Below, piece after piece: positions 50,055-64,000 of a stretch of DNA of 64,000 nucleotides (position 1 is its first letter; the number at the start of each line of letters is the position of its first letter). A model generated the notes under the pieces. It was not told the origin of the DNA. It searched no databases and saw nothing but the letters and a program-made list of their open reading frames with translations. The stretch is taken from assembly GCA_027533425.1 (NCBI GenBank), contig JAPZUD010000007.1, positions 135,928 through 199,927 of the forward strand, given 5' to 3'. Source of the stretch: Beijerinckiaceae bacterium (GTDB lineage: Bacteria; Pseudomonadota; Alphaproteobacteria; Rhizobiales; Beijerinckiaceae). Both the position numbers and the translations under genes were made by a program.

Positions 50055-50189
50055 GGTCTCCCTGCCGGCAAGAATGCCGGAAATGCCCCGCAGACGGGAA
50101 TTGACGTCGTGGCGCGGGTTCCTTATCGAACCCGGAATGCCGTCGCGCCGAGCCGAACTGGCTCCGGCCCAATCCCACGAGCAACTGCC

Positions 50190-51398
50190 ATGACAAAGCC
50201 GGGCCTGCAATCCGAAAATCGCGACACCGCGCCTGCGCCCTGGGCGGAATTCCGTCCGACCGCGCTCCTTGTTCTCGCCGATGGCACGATGATCGAGGGC
50301 ACCGGCATCGGCGCGACCGGCGAGGGCCGCGGCGAGATCTGCTTCAACACGGCGATGACGGGCTATCAGGAAATCCTGACCGACCCCTCCTATTTCGGCC
50401 AGATCATCACCTTCACCTTCCCGCATATCGGCAATGTCGGGGTGAACGAGGAAGATATCGAGACCGTCAACATGGCCCGCACCGCCGCCACCGGCATCGT
50501 GCTGGCGACAGATATTACCGATCCCTCGAATTACCGCTCGACGCGGGACCTCGATTCCTGGCTGAAGATCCGGAATATTGTCGGTATTGCCGGGATCGAT
50601 ACCCGCGCGCTGACCGCCCTGATCCGCGACAAGGGCATGCAGAACGCGATCATCGCCCATGATCCGGATGGTTTCTTCGACCGCAAGACCCTCCTCGCCG
50701 CCGCGAAGACCCTGCCTTCCATGGCCGGGCTTGACCTCGTTCCCGCCGTGACCGGCAGCCAGCGCTATGACTGGACAGAAACCAGCTGGGTGTGGAACCA
50801 GGGCTATGGCGAGCAGAAGGCGCCGGAATTCCATGTCGTCGCGCTCGATTACGGCGTGAAGCGCAATATTCTCCGCCTGCTGGCCGAGCGCGGCTGCAAG
50901 GTCACCGTCCTGCCGCCGAACGCGCCGGCCGCGGATGTGCTGGCGCTGAAGCCGGATGGCGTGTTCCTGGCCAATGGCCCGGGCGATCCGGCCGCGACCG
51001 GCCTCTATGCCGTGCCGAATATCCGCGCGATCCTCGATGCGCGTATCCCGACCTTCGGGATCTGCCTCGGCCACCAGATGCTGGCCCTCGCCATCGGCGC
51101 CCGCACCATGAAAATGGCGCAGGGCCATCACGGCGCGAACCATCCGGTGAAGGAACATGCGACCGGCAAGGTCGAGATCGTCTCGATGAACCATGGCTTC
51201 GCCGTGGATCCGAAGACGCTGCCGGACAATGCCGAGGAAACCCATATCTCGCTGTTCGACGGCTCGAACTGCGGCCTGCGCCTGAAGGACCGGCCAGCTT
51301 TCTCGGTGCAGCAGCATCCGGAAGCCTCGCCCGGCCCGCAGGACAGCCACTATCTGTTCGACCGTTTCGTCGACATGATGCGCGCGGCGCGCCGCTGA
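50190..51398 (+). CDS. carA: Carbamoyl-phosphate synthase small subunit
   Basis: GEICFNTAMTGYQE; LANGPGDP; GICLGHQ; GHHGANHPV; QQHPEASPGP. Confidence 0.96.
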   Translation: MTKPGLQSENRDTAPAPWAEFRPTALLVLADGTMIEGTGIGATGEGRGEICFNTAMTGYQEILTDPSYFGQIITFTFPHIGNVGVNEEDIETVNMARTAATGIVLATDITDPSNYRSTRDLDSWLKIRNIVGIAGIDTRALTALIRDKGMQNAIIAHDPDGFFDRKTLLAAAKTLPSMAGLDLVPAVTGSQRYDWTETSWVWNQGYGEQKAPEFHVVALDYGVKRNILRLLAERGCKVTVLPPNAPAADVLALKPDGVFLANGPGDPAATGLYAVPNIRAILDARIPTFGICLGHQMLALAIGARTMKMAQGHHGANHPVKEHATGKVEIVSMNHGFAVDPKTLPDNAEETHISLFDGSNCGLRLKDRPAFSVQQHPEASPGPQDSHYLFDRFVDMMRAARR

Positions 51399-51434
51399 CC
51401 GGCGGCGCCGAACCCATTGCGGGGAACCCCGATC

Positions 51435-52145
51435 ATGCGCAGCTGGATCGAGTTCTGGAATGCCGACAACCCGATCTACGTGAATGACCGGCACAAGCTG
51501 CTGCATTACCGGGGCATCGCGTCCGATATCCGGGATCTCCTGCCGGGCGAGGACGACACTGTCCTCGATTTCGGCTGCGGCGAGGCGCTCTCGGCCGGGC
51601 TTGTCGCCGCGCGCTGCCGCAAGCTGATCCTTGTCGATGCGGCGCCGAATGTCCGCGACAAGCTTGCCGCGCGGTTCGGCGAGATCCGCGCCATCCAGAT
51701 CCTCGCGCCGGAGGATCTCCCGGGCCTCGCCGATGGCAGCGTCGACCTGCTCGTCGTGCATTCGGTGGCGCAATATGTGTCCAAGCCGGATTTCGCCACG
51801 CTGATCCATGATCTCGCCCGGCTGCTTCGCCCGGGCGGCACGCTGATCCTCGGCGATATCTTGCCCGTCGGCCTTTCGCCGCTGGTCGATGCCCGCGCGC
51901 TGCTCGCCTTCGGCTGGCAGGGCGGCTTCCTCATCCCCGCCCTGGCCGGCCTAGTGAAGACGGCCCTGTCGGATTACCGCCGGATCCGGCAGGAACTCGG
52001 CCTGACCCATTACGAGGAAGCCGAGATCCTCGCCTTGCTCGACAAGGTCGGGCTGACGGCGCGCCGGCTGGAACGCAATCTCGGCCACAACCAGGCGCGC
52101 ATGGCCTTTGCTGCCGTCCGCTTCAGCGAACCGCCGGCCGAGTGA
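51435..52145 (+). CDS. Class I SAM-dependent methyltransferase
   Basis: VLDFGCGEA; LRPGGTLILGD. Confidence 0.85.
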   Translation: MRSWIEFWNADNPIYVNDRHKLLHYRGIASDIRDLLPGEDDTVLDFGCGEALSAGLVAARCRKLILVDAAPNVRDKLAARFGEIRAIQILAPEDLPGLADGSVDLLVVHSVAQYVSKPDFATLIHDLARLLRPGGTLILGDILPVGLSPLVDARALLAFGWQGGFLIPALAGLVKTALSDYRRIRQELGLTHYEEAEILALLDKVGLTARRLERNLGHNQARMAFAAVRFSEPPAE

Positions 52146-52149
52146 GCCT

Positions 52150-52569
52150 TCACGCCCGGTCGCGGAAGCTCCAGTACTTGTGGGCGAAGAAACTCCAGAG
52201 CAGCACGATGCCCGTCGTCAGCAGCTGCGACGGAATATAGTGCCAGTCGAGGAGGCGCAGGAACACGCTCATCAGGGCCGTCGTCAGCCCGAGCCCGATC
52301 AGCGCCACCACGGCGAAGCGCCAGCCCGCCTCCAGATGGCCGCGTTCCGCCTCGTAGGTGAGCAGGCGGTTAAGCCCGTAGGACAGAAGCCCGCCGGCGA
52401 GATAGCCGGCCATGGTGGCGAGCACGGCATCGATCTTCCGCCATTCGACGAGAAAAATCAGCAAGCCGTAATGGACGATGGCTGCGAGAATCCCGACGCC
52501 GAAGAACGACTTGAACTGGCGCAGCAGCCGGCGCCAGCCGCGCTCGGGCGGGAGGGTGGCATCGCTCAC
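52150..52569 (-). CDS. GtrA-family membrane protein
   Basis: FFGVGILAAIVHYG; four TM segments; WSFFAHKYWSF. Confidence 0.88.
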   Translation of the reverse strand: MSDATLPPERGWRRLLRQFKSFFGVGILAAIVHYGLLIFLVEWRKIDAVLATMAGYLAGGLLSYGLNRLLTYEAERGHLEAGWRFAVVALIGLGLTTALMSVFLRLLDWHYIPSQLLTTGIVLLWSFFAHKYWSFRDRA

Positions 52570-53603
52570 GCGCCACCCCGCGACCAGGGACCGCGCTTCT
52601 CGACAATCTGCGGCAGCGATTCGCGATCCCGGATCGCCTGCGGCGGGCCGAGCGGAATCTGCCCGCCGGCATAGGCCTGCAACGCCTGGATGCGCTTGGT
52701 GATCGAGGGATGGGTCGAGAAGATATCGGCGAAATCATCCGGATCATTCTCGATGCACATATCCATGATGCCGGAGGGCACGCCCTCGATATCGGCGCGC
52801 CCGGAAATCTTGAGCAGGGCCGAGATCATGGCATCCGGGTTCTTGGTCAGCTCCACCGCCCCGGCATCGGCGAGATATTCGCGGCTGCGCGAGAGCGAGA
52901 AGCGGATCAGGACGGCAAGGAACCAGGCCAGCAACATGATCACCGCCCCGACAAGCAGCGCGAGGCCGCGGCCCTTGTTGTCGCTGCCGCCGCCCCCGCC
53001 GAAGCGGAACCGGCCGCGGACAAGCAATTCCCCGAAGAACGAGATCACTCCGGCAATCAGCACGGCGATGATCATCAGCCGGACATCCTGGTTGCGGATA
53101 TGCGTCAGCTCATGCGCGAGCACGGCCTCCAGCTCGGCATCGTCCAGCGCCTCCATCAGCCCGGTCGTGACGCTGATCTGGTACTGCGCCTCGGTGACAC
53201 CGCTCGCAAAGGCATTGAGCGCCGGGCTCTCGATAATCGCCAGCTTGGGCACCGGCATCCCGCGTGAAATGCACAGCGTCTCGAGCAGGTGGAACAGGCG
53301 TGGATGACTTTCCCGCGTCACCTCCTGCGCACCGGTTGCCCAGGAGATCATGGCTGTGTTGAAGGCGAAGCCGATCCCCACCCAGACAGCGGCCAGTGCG
53401 AAAGCCACCGGCAGGTAGCCCCAGAATTGCCGCCAGGCATAGGAAAGGATGCGGTTGAACGGCGCGTTGAACCGCGCGGCATCGAAAGCCAGCGTCAGCG
53501 CGAAGGTGACGGCCGCGACCAGCACGAACAGGCTGGCCAGCAGGAACCAGGAGCGCCAGCGGTTGTTCCGGATATGGGTGTAGAGGCCGAATGCCTGCCC
53601 CAT
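52566..53603 (-). CDS. M48-family zinc metalloprotease (HtpX-like)
   Basis: ALNAFASG; ELEAVLAHELTHI (HExxH); SRSREYLADAGA; FSTHPS. Confidence 0.92.
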   Translation of the reverse strand: MGQAFGLYTHIRNNRWRSWFLLASLFVLVAAVTFALTLAFDAARFNAPFNRILSYAWRQFWGYLPVAFALAAVWVGIGFAFNTAMISWATGAQEVTRESHPRLFHLLETLCISRGMPVPKLAIIESPALNAFASGVTEAQYQISVTTGLMEALDDAELEAVLAHELTHIRNQDVRLMIIAVLIAGVISFFGELLVRGRFRFGGGGGSDNKGRGLALLVGAVIMLLAWFLAVLIRFSLSRSREYLADAGAVELTKNPDAMISALLKISGRADIEGVPSGIMDMCIENDPDDFADIFSTHPSITKRIQALQAYAGGQIPLGPPQAIRDRESLPQIVEKRGPWSRGGA

Positions 53604-53726
53604 GGCGTTGCCCTTCGCATGGAGGGGTGGCGGAGCGGCCCGGAGGACCGCAGCCTCCGCCCCGGAGGTCCTGCAGGACGATGACCGGAAGGCGGCATGC
53701 CGCCGCCATCCGGGACCGGCCGGCGG

Positions 53727-54290
53727 TCAGAACTTGACGTTCGGCGCCGTGTCGAGCTGCGTCCGCGCGGTTTCGCCGACATCGAAGAAGGTGCGCTCGG
53801 TGAAGCCGAAATTCCGTGCGACGAACACCATCGGGATCGACTGGATCGCGGCATTGTATTCGCTGACGGCATTGTTGAAGAACCGGCGCGCGGCCGCGAG
53901 CTTGTCCTCGATCGTGCCGAGCTGGGCCTGCAGGTCGAGGAAGTTCGTATTCGCCTTGAGGTCCGGATAGGCCTCGGACAGCGCAATCAGGCGGCCGAGC
54001 GCGCCTGAAAGCCCTTTCTCCGCCTCCGCCATGTCAGCCGGGCCCTGCGCGCTGATTGCGGTGTTGCGGGCGCGGATCACCGCATCCAGTGTCTCCTTTT
54101 CGTGGCTGGCATAGCCTTTCACCGTCTCCACCAGGTTGGGGATCAGGTCATGCCGCTGCTTGAGCTGGACATCGATATCGGCAAAGGCCTGGTTGGCCCG
54201 CTGGTTCATGGCCACGACGCCGTTGTAGCTCATCAGCAGCCAGCCGATGACCAGCACGATCAGCCCGAGAATGACCCATTCCATCGTCAC
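53727..54290 (-). CDS. lemA: LemA-family protein
   Basis: IDVQLKQRHDLIPNLVETVKGYASHE; EAYPDLKAN.NF; ARRFFN..V.EYN. Confidence 0.92.
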   Translation of the reverse strand: MTMEWVILGLIVLVIGWLLMSYNGVVAMNQRANQAFADIDVQLKQRHDLIPNLVETVKGYASHEKETLDAVIRARNTAISAQGPADMAEAEKGLSGALGRLIALSEAYPDLKANTNFLDLQAQLGTIEDKLAAARRFFNNAVSEYNAAIQSIPMVFVARNFGFTERTFFDVGETARTQLDTAPNVKF

Positions 54291-54317
54291 GTCTCCTTGT
54301 TGAGGCCCCGACCGGGC

Positions 54318-55295
54318 TCAGCGCTTCACAATCTCGACCCGGCGGTTCTGCGCCTGCCCGGCCTCGGTTTCGTTGGTTGCCACCGGCGAGGCCATACCGG
54401 CCCCGAACGGCGTCAGGCGGCTGGCGCCGATCCCCGCAGCCGTCAGCGCCTGCACGACAGCCTGGGCGCGGCGGCGGGACAGGTCGACATTGTAGTCGAA
54501 CCCGCCCTTGGCGTCGGTATGGCCGGCCACGACGATTCCCACCTGCGGATTGGCCTTAAGATAGGCCACGATCTGGTCGATCTGCGGCCGGGATTCCGGA
54601 CGGATCTCGGCCTTGTTGAACTCGAAGGTGATGCCATAGAGCGCCGCGCGGCCCTGGCCGTCCAGCGCGCTTTTCAGGGCGCCGGCATCGAGCACCTTGA
54701 TCTTGTCGCTCTCCATCGCCTTGCTCTCGAGCACATCGACCAGCGAGCGCACCTCGCCGCTGATCTCGACCGAGAGCACGGCCACGACCGATTCGGCGCC
54801 GTTGCCATCCTTTTTCCGGGCGATCAGATAGGTCTGGCTCTCCCAGTTCGAGGGCAGGCCGCTGCCCTTGTGGGCTTCGGTCACGGCGAACCAGAGATCC
54901 GAGCCGCCGCAATCGCGCATCCGGCACAGGAACAGCGTTTCGAAGCCCTGCGCCTGCAGGCGCTGCTCATAGTTGCGGACTACTTCCAGCGAGGAACGTC
55001 CCTGCGGTCCCCGATAGAGCTGGCGCAAGGCCCGCCCCTTGATCTCGACACTGTTTTCCTCGGTCAACACTCGGGAATTGTTGAGCTTCTTGATGGGAAG
55101 ACGCATTTCGTCATAGTCACGCGCCTTGTGATAGGCGATGAACGACCCCTCGTAGCGTCCGGCAAGGGGATGATCCCGCGAGCCCTGGACGTCCCTCGTC
55201 GGCATGCTCTGCGCATGGGCGGCACCGGCAGACAGGCCAAGCATCAGGGCCAGGCCCAGTCCATGCAGGGGGTTGAGGCGTTTAGAGGTCATCAT
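54318..55295 (-). CDS. OmpA-family protein with N-terminal DUF4892-like domain
   Basis: Signal peptide; DHPL..RYEGS; SSLEVVRNYE; C-terminal GHTD...NVDLSRRRA...NRRVE. Confidence 0.88.
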   Translation of the reverse strand: MMTSKRLNPLHGLGLALMLGLSAGAAHAQSMPTRDVQGSRDHPLAGRYEGSFIAYHKARDYDEMRLPIKKLNNSRVLTEENSVEIKGRALRQLYRGPQGRSSLEVVRNYEQRLQAQGFETLFLCRMRDCGGSDLWFAVTEAHKGSGLPSNWESQTYLIARKKDGNGAESVVAVLSVEISGEVRSLVDVLESKAMESDKIKVLDAGALKSALDGQGRAALYGITFEFNKAEIRPESRPQIDQIVAYLKANPQVGIVVAGHTDAKGGFDYNVDLSRRRAQAVVQALTAAGIGASRLTPFGAGMASPVATNETEAGQAQNRRVEIVKR

Positions 55296-55530
55296 CCGGG
55301 TCTCCGCTGGATTACTGTGGCAAAATTCATCGGCGCGATAAAGCGCGTGGCAGCCCTGATGCCGCAATTCGGCGGTTCCCTTCTGTGTGATGGCTCACTT
55401 TCCCCTTGGCCATCCGGTTTTGCTTGTCTATAGCGGGCGTCTAGCAGTCAAAACCACAGCAATCCGCCACCTGGCGCCGCATGAAACGCGCCCGGGATCC
55501 GGCGGGGTCGCGCAAAAATGGCCCGGAACC

Positions 55531-58869
<3,339 letters not shown>

Positions 58870-58985
58870 AACGGGTCCGGGCTGCAGCGCCGAAACCGGA
58901 ACGGCCGGTCTTGCCGGCCCTTGATCATATTCCTCCCCGCCGGCGGTGCCCGCATGGCGGGGAGATTGTTTAAGGAGAACCCGCC

Positions 58986-59459
58986 ATGGAACGCATTCCG
59001 ATGACGGCCAATGGCTACCGGATGCTGGAAGAGGAGCTCAGGCACCGCCAGACGGTCGAGCGCCCCCGCATCATCCTCGCGATCCAGGAGGCCCGTGCCC
59101 ATGGGGATCTCAGCGAGAACGCGGAATATTCCTCCGCCAAGGAAGCGCAGTCGCTCAACGAGGGCCGGATCGGCGAACTCGAGAGCCTGATCTCGCGCGC
59201 CGAGGTGATCGAGGTCTCGAAACTCTCGGGGAACACGATCAAGTTCGGCGCCACGGTGAAACTCGTCGACGAGGATACCGAGGAAGAGAAGGCCTACCAG
59301 ATCGTCGGCGATGTCGAGGCTGATGTCCGCAGCGGCCGCGTCTCGATCTCCTCGCCGATTGCCCGCGCCTTGATCGGCAAGAAAGTCGGCGATACCGTCG
59401 AGGTGAACACGCCGGGCGGAGGCAAAAGCTATGAGGTCGTGGAGATTTCCTTCCGTTAA
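58986..59459 (+). CDS. greA: Transcription elongation factor
   Basis: [17 protein letters not shown]; [17 protein letters not shown]. Confidence 0.96.
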   Translation: MERIPMTANGYRMLEEELRHRQTVERPRIILAIQEARAHGDLSENAEYSSAKEAQSLNEGRIGELESLISRAEVIEVSKLSGNTIKFGATVKLVDEDTEEEKAYQIVGDVEADVRSGRVSISSPIARALIGKKVGDTVEVNTPGGGKSYEVVEISFR

Positions 59460-59919
59460 CAGCGCCTTCTGGCTCGCTCTGGTGCTGGCGGTGGCATCCC
59501 CGCTGCCGGCAGCGGCCCAAGGTGCTCCGCGCATTGCGGTCGAGGCTGGTGGCATTGGCCTTCCGGCCATTTCCGCCCATATCCGCCGGAGCCTGCCGCG
59601 CGCCCTCGCCCGCGAAATCGCCGGGCAAGGCAAGCCGTTGCCAGCCGGCACGCGCCTCGTTGTCCGGGTGACACAGGTGTATCTGTCCAGCGATCCGTCC
59701 CCCGGTCTGCGTGGCGGTTTTGGCAGCTTTTCTCCGGGTGATGCCATCGACGGCGAGGCGATCCTGCTCGACAGGCAGGGCCGCCTCCTCTCCCGCCGGG
59801 CCGTGGCGGGCCGTTCACCCTCGAATTCAGGCGGTTTTGGCCCCGCGCCCTATAACGAGCCGCGCCGCGTCGAGGCGCTGATCGGCGCCTTCGCCTACTG
59901 GATCATCCGCGAGATGTGA
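59431..59919 (+). CDS. Hypothetical exported protein; start uncertain
   Basis: Signal-like [18 protein letters not shown]; fills the gap between greA and lrp. Confidence 0.6.
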   Translation: MRSWRFPSVNSAFWLALVLAVASPLPAAAQGAPRIAVEAGGIGLPAISAHIRRSLPRALAREIAGQGKPLPAGTRLVVRVTQVYLSSDPSPGLRGGFGSFSPGDAIDGEAILLDRQGRLLSRRAVAGRSPSNSGGFGPAPYNEPRRVEALIGAFAYWIIREM

Positions 59920-59937
59920 GCCCTCTGGCCGGCCGCC

Positions 59938-60420
59938 TCAGCGCGGCAGGCCGGGAACCGGCACAAGCCCCTCGTCCTTCAGCTTGCCCAGCGCCAGAGC
60001 GGTGCGGACATTGCGGACATTCGGCGTTGCCGTCAGGTCGCCCACCAGAACCTGCAGGCTGGGCAGGTCCTTCGTCACGCATTTGAGCAGGAAGTCGATA
60101 TCGCCCGAGAGCGTCCAGCATTCGCGGATGCTCGGCCAGAGGCGGATGCGCTCGGCAAAGGCGGCGAGATCGCCCTCGGCCTGGCTGGCGAGATGGACGA
60201 AGGCGAAGCACACCACCGAATAGCCGAGTTGCGGCGCATCGAGCATGGCCCGGTAGCCGCGGATAAAGCCGGCCTCGCGCAGGGCATGGACCCGGCGCAG
60301 GCAGGGAGGCGGCGTCAGCCCGACCCGGCGCGCCAGTTCGACATTGGTAAGGCTGCCATCAGCCTGCAACTCGCCGAGGATTTTCCAATCGATGGCATCA
60401 AGTTCGAGGGATTTGAGCAT
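59938..60420 (-). CDS. Lrp/AsnC-family regulator
   Basis: LDAIDWKIL.ELQADG.LTNVELARRVGLTPPPCLRRV..L; SGDIDFLLK. Confidence 0.92.
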   Translation of the reverse strand: MLKSLELDAIDWKILGELQADGSLTNVELARRVGLTPPPCLRRVHALREAGFIRGYRAMLDAPQLGYSVVCFAFVHLASQAEGDLAAFAERIRLWPSIRECWTLSGDIDFLLKCVTKDLPSLQVLVGDLTATPNVRNVRTALALGKLKDEGLVPVPGLPR

Positions 60421-60625
60421 TGGAGACCGATCTGAAAGCAATCCTGCCCGCCTGATCCTGCATAGGCAGAGGCCACGCAAAAAGCGAGAGGGCGTTGAAA
60501 AAACGTCATGGAAACAATTCTGGCATTTCCGGCAACCCGGACGCTTCCTTATCCAGCAAGGCAGTGGCAGGCCTCAAGCCGATTCGGTGGACAAGTCGCG
60601 CCGGAGCGTGGATAACGCCGGGCGC

Positions 60626-62694
<2,069 letters not shown>

Positions 62695-62824
62695 GGCCGG
62701 GATTCCTCCCCATTAAACCTGCGACAAGCGCCCACGGGGGCATTGCCGCAGGGCACGGCTGTGCCATTATGCCAAAAGCGCATAACTGAGCCGCCAACCA
62801 AGCGCGGCCGCAAGGGGAAGTGCC

Positions 62825-63715
62825 GTGGATTGGGATCGCGTCCGAATTTTCTACGCCGCCGCAGAAGCCGGCAGCCTCACCCGGGCCGGCGAGGTGCTGG
62901 GCCTGTCGCAATCCGCCGTCAGCCGGCAGGTCTCCGCGCTGGAATCGGAACTGGACGTGCCGCTCTTCCATCGCCATGCCCGCGGCCTCGTGTTGACCGA
63001 GCAGGGGGAATTGCTGTTCCGCACGGCCCGCGAGTTGGTGACCAAGCTCGAACAGACACGCGCGAGCCTCTCGGACAGCCGCGAGAAGCCGAATGGCGAG
63101 CTCAAGGTCACGGCGAATGTGGCACTGGGTGGCAATTGGCTGACGCCCCGCCTCTCCGAATTCCTCGACCTTTACCCCGATATCCGGCTGCAGGTGATCC
63201 TGACCGATGACGAACTTGACCTCGCCATGCGCGAGGCCGATGTCGCCTTGCGCCTGCGTGCCCCCGTCCAGGCCGACCTGATCCGCCGGCGGCTCTTCGC
63301 GGTGCATTTCCATGTCTATGCCTCGCCGGACTACCTCAAGCGCTTCGGTGCGCCGCGCGTGATCGGCGATCTCGACGAGCATCGGCTGGTCGCGTTCGGC
63401 GGCGATATTCCGGGCTATCTCGAGGATGTGAACTGGCATTGCACCGCCGGGCGCGAGCGTCGCGAACCGCGTATCCCGGCCTTGGTCGTCAATTCGATCA
63501 CGGCCCTGCTCCATGCCGCCAACAGCGGAGCGGGCATCGCCGTGCTCCCGGATTACGTGGTCGACCAATCCTCGGCGCTGGTGCAATTGCTGCAGGGCGA
63601 GACCATGCCGCATCTCGATTGCTACCTCGTCTTCCCCGAGGCGCTGAAGCAGGTGGCACGCGTCCAGGTCTTCCGCGATTTCCTCGTCAGCAAGGCCCAG
63701 CGCTGGGTCTATTGA
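62825..63715 (+). CDS. LysR-family regulator, LsrB/VtlR orthologue
   Basis: DWDRVRIFYAAAEAGS...SQSAVSRQVSALE...LFHRHARGL.LTEQGE...FRDFLVSKAQRWVY; lrp-trxB-LysR synteny as I recall it from Sinorhizobium/Brucella. Confidence 0.9.
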   Translation: MDWDRVRIFYAAAEAGSLTRAGEVLGLSQSAVSRQVSALESELDVPLFHRHARGLVLTEQGELLFRTARELVTKLEQTRASLSDSREKPNGELKVTANVALGGNWLTPRLSEFLDLYPDIRLQVILTDDELDLAMREADVALRLRAPVQADLIRRRLFAVHFHVYASPDYLKRFGAPRVIGDLDEHRLVAFGGDIPGYLEDVNWHCTAGRERREPRIPALVVNSITALLHAANSGAGIAVLPDYVVDQSSALVQLLQGETMPHLDCYLVFPEALKQVARVQVFRDFLVSKAQRWVY

Positions 63716-63740
63716 GGCCGTTTCTACCCTGAACCAACAT

Positions 63741-63892
63741 AGGCCGAACGGCCGTCCGAGCTTATGCGAGGGTCTTCTGCCGACCGGCGAAGCCTCGGGC
63801 GGCAGGGAAAAGAACTCAGGCCGAATGGCCGTCCGAGCCTATGCGAGGGTCTTCTGCCATCCGGCGGAGCATCGGATGGCAGGGAAAACTCA
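63741..63892. repeat. Tandem direct repeat of two structured units (77 and ~75 bp), REP/BIME-like or tandem sRNA
   Basis: Copy 1 at 63741-63817, copy 2 at 63818-63892; 8 substitutions plus a 3-nt indel; each copy contains a 10-bp stem. Confidence 0.85.
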
Positions 63893-64000
63893 CGCCCAGA
63901 GCCGCTCCTTTTCCAACCCCTTGTAGAGGCCGGCCACTTCACTGGCATAGCCGTTGAAGAGCTGCGTCGGGATACGGTTGTTCGTGCCGAGCACATTCTC
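63890..64000 (-). CDS. C-terminal end of an unidentified gene entering from beyond the window
   Basis: Open frame ENVLGTNNRIPTQLFNGYASEVAGLYKGLEKERLWA* ending in TGA at 63892-63890. Confidence 0.6.
   Translation of the reverse strand, partial: ENVLGTNNRIPTQLFNGYASEVAGLYKGLEKERLWA

Noticed and set aside
50055-51809. N-terminal 585-codon extension of the YqeY ORF
   Set aside because: Antisense to carA and the methyltransferase; the YqeY domain starts at 50054 with its own RBS (GGGAGA).
63741-63892. Possible CRISPR mini-array
   Set aside because: The units are ~76 bp and directly abutting, with no unique spacers and no cas genes in the window.

Overview
GC-rich (roughly two-thirds G+C by eye) chromosomal segment of a Hyphomicrobiales/Rhizobiales-type alphaproteobacterium. 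It is mostly core and metabolic genes. Housekeeping: ettA, upp, tRNA-Ile2(CAU), rpoD, dnaG, yqeY, carA, carB, greA, lrp, trxB and an lsrB/vtlR-type LysR. Accessory or metabolic blocks: sahR-type ArsR-methyltransferase regulator (cut by the window edge), a FliK-like/FlhB-C pair, an RND pump, a complete Csu-type chaperone-usher pilus operon, an IorAB-type molybdo-hydroxylase, a GntR-linked sugar-acid catabolic cluster, an Ssu-like ABC importer coupled to OsmC, a MesD-like short methionine synthase and lemA-htpX-gtrA. I saw no integrase, transposase, prophage or CRISPR array. Most long ORFs in the supplied track are antisense shadows of real genes. I cannot demonstrate a clearly new system from sequence alone. 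The best candidates for undescribed biology are: (1) a tandem structured ~76-bp repeat with a compensatory base change and GNA mini-hairpins downstream of lsrB/vtlR; (2) a ferredoxin-reductase homologue that has lost its Fe-S and catalytic motifs; (3) a MesD-like synthase with no mesX neighbour; (4) an orphan sugar-acid cluster with a perfect operator; (5) a sulfonate-type importer coupled to OsmC rather than a monooxygenase. Family assignments come from recalled motifs, not database searches, and many start codons were re-chosen by eye.
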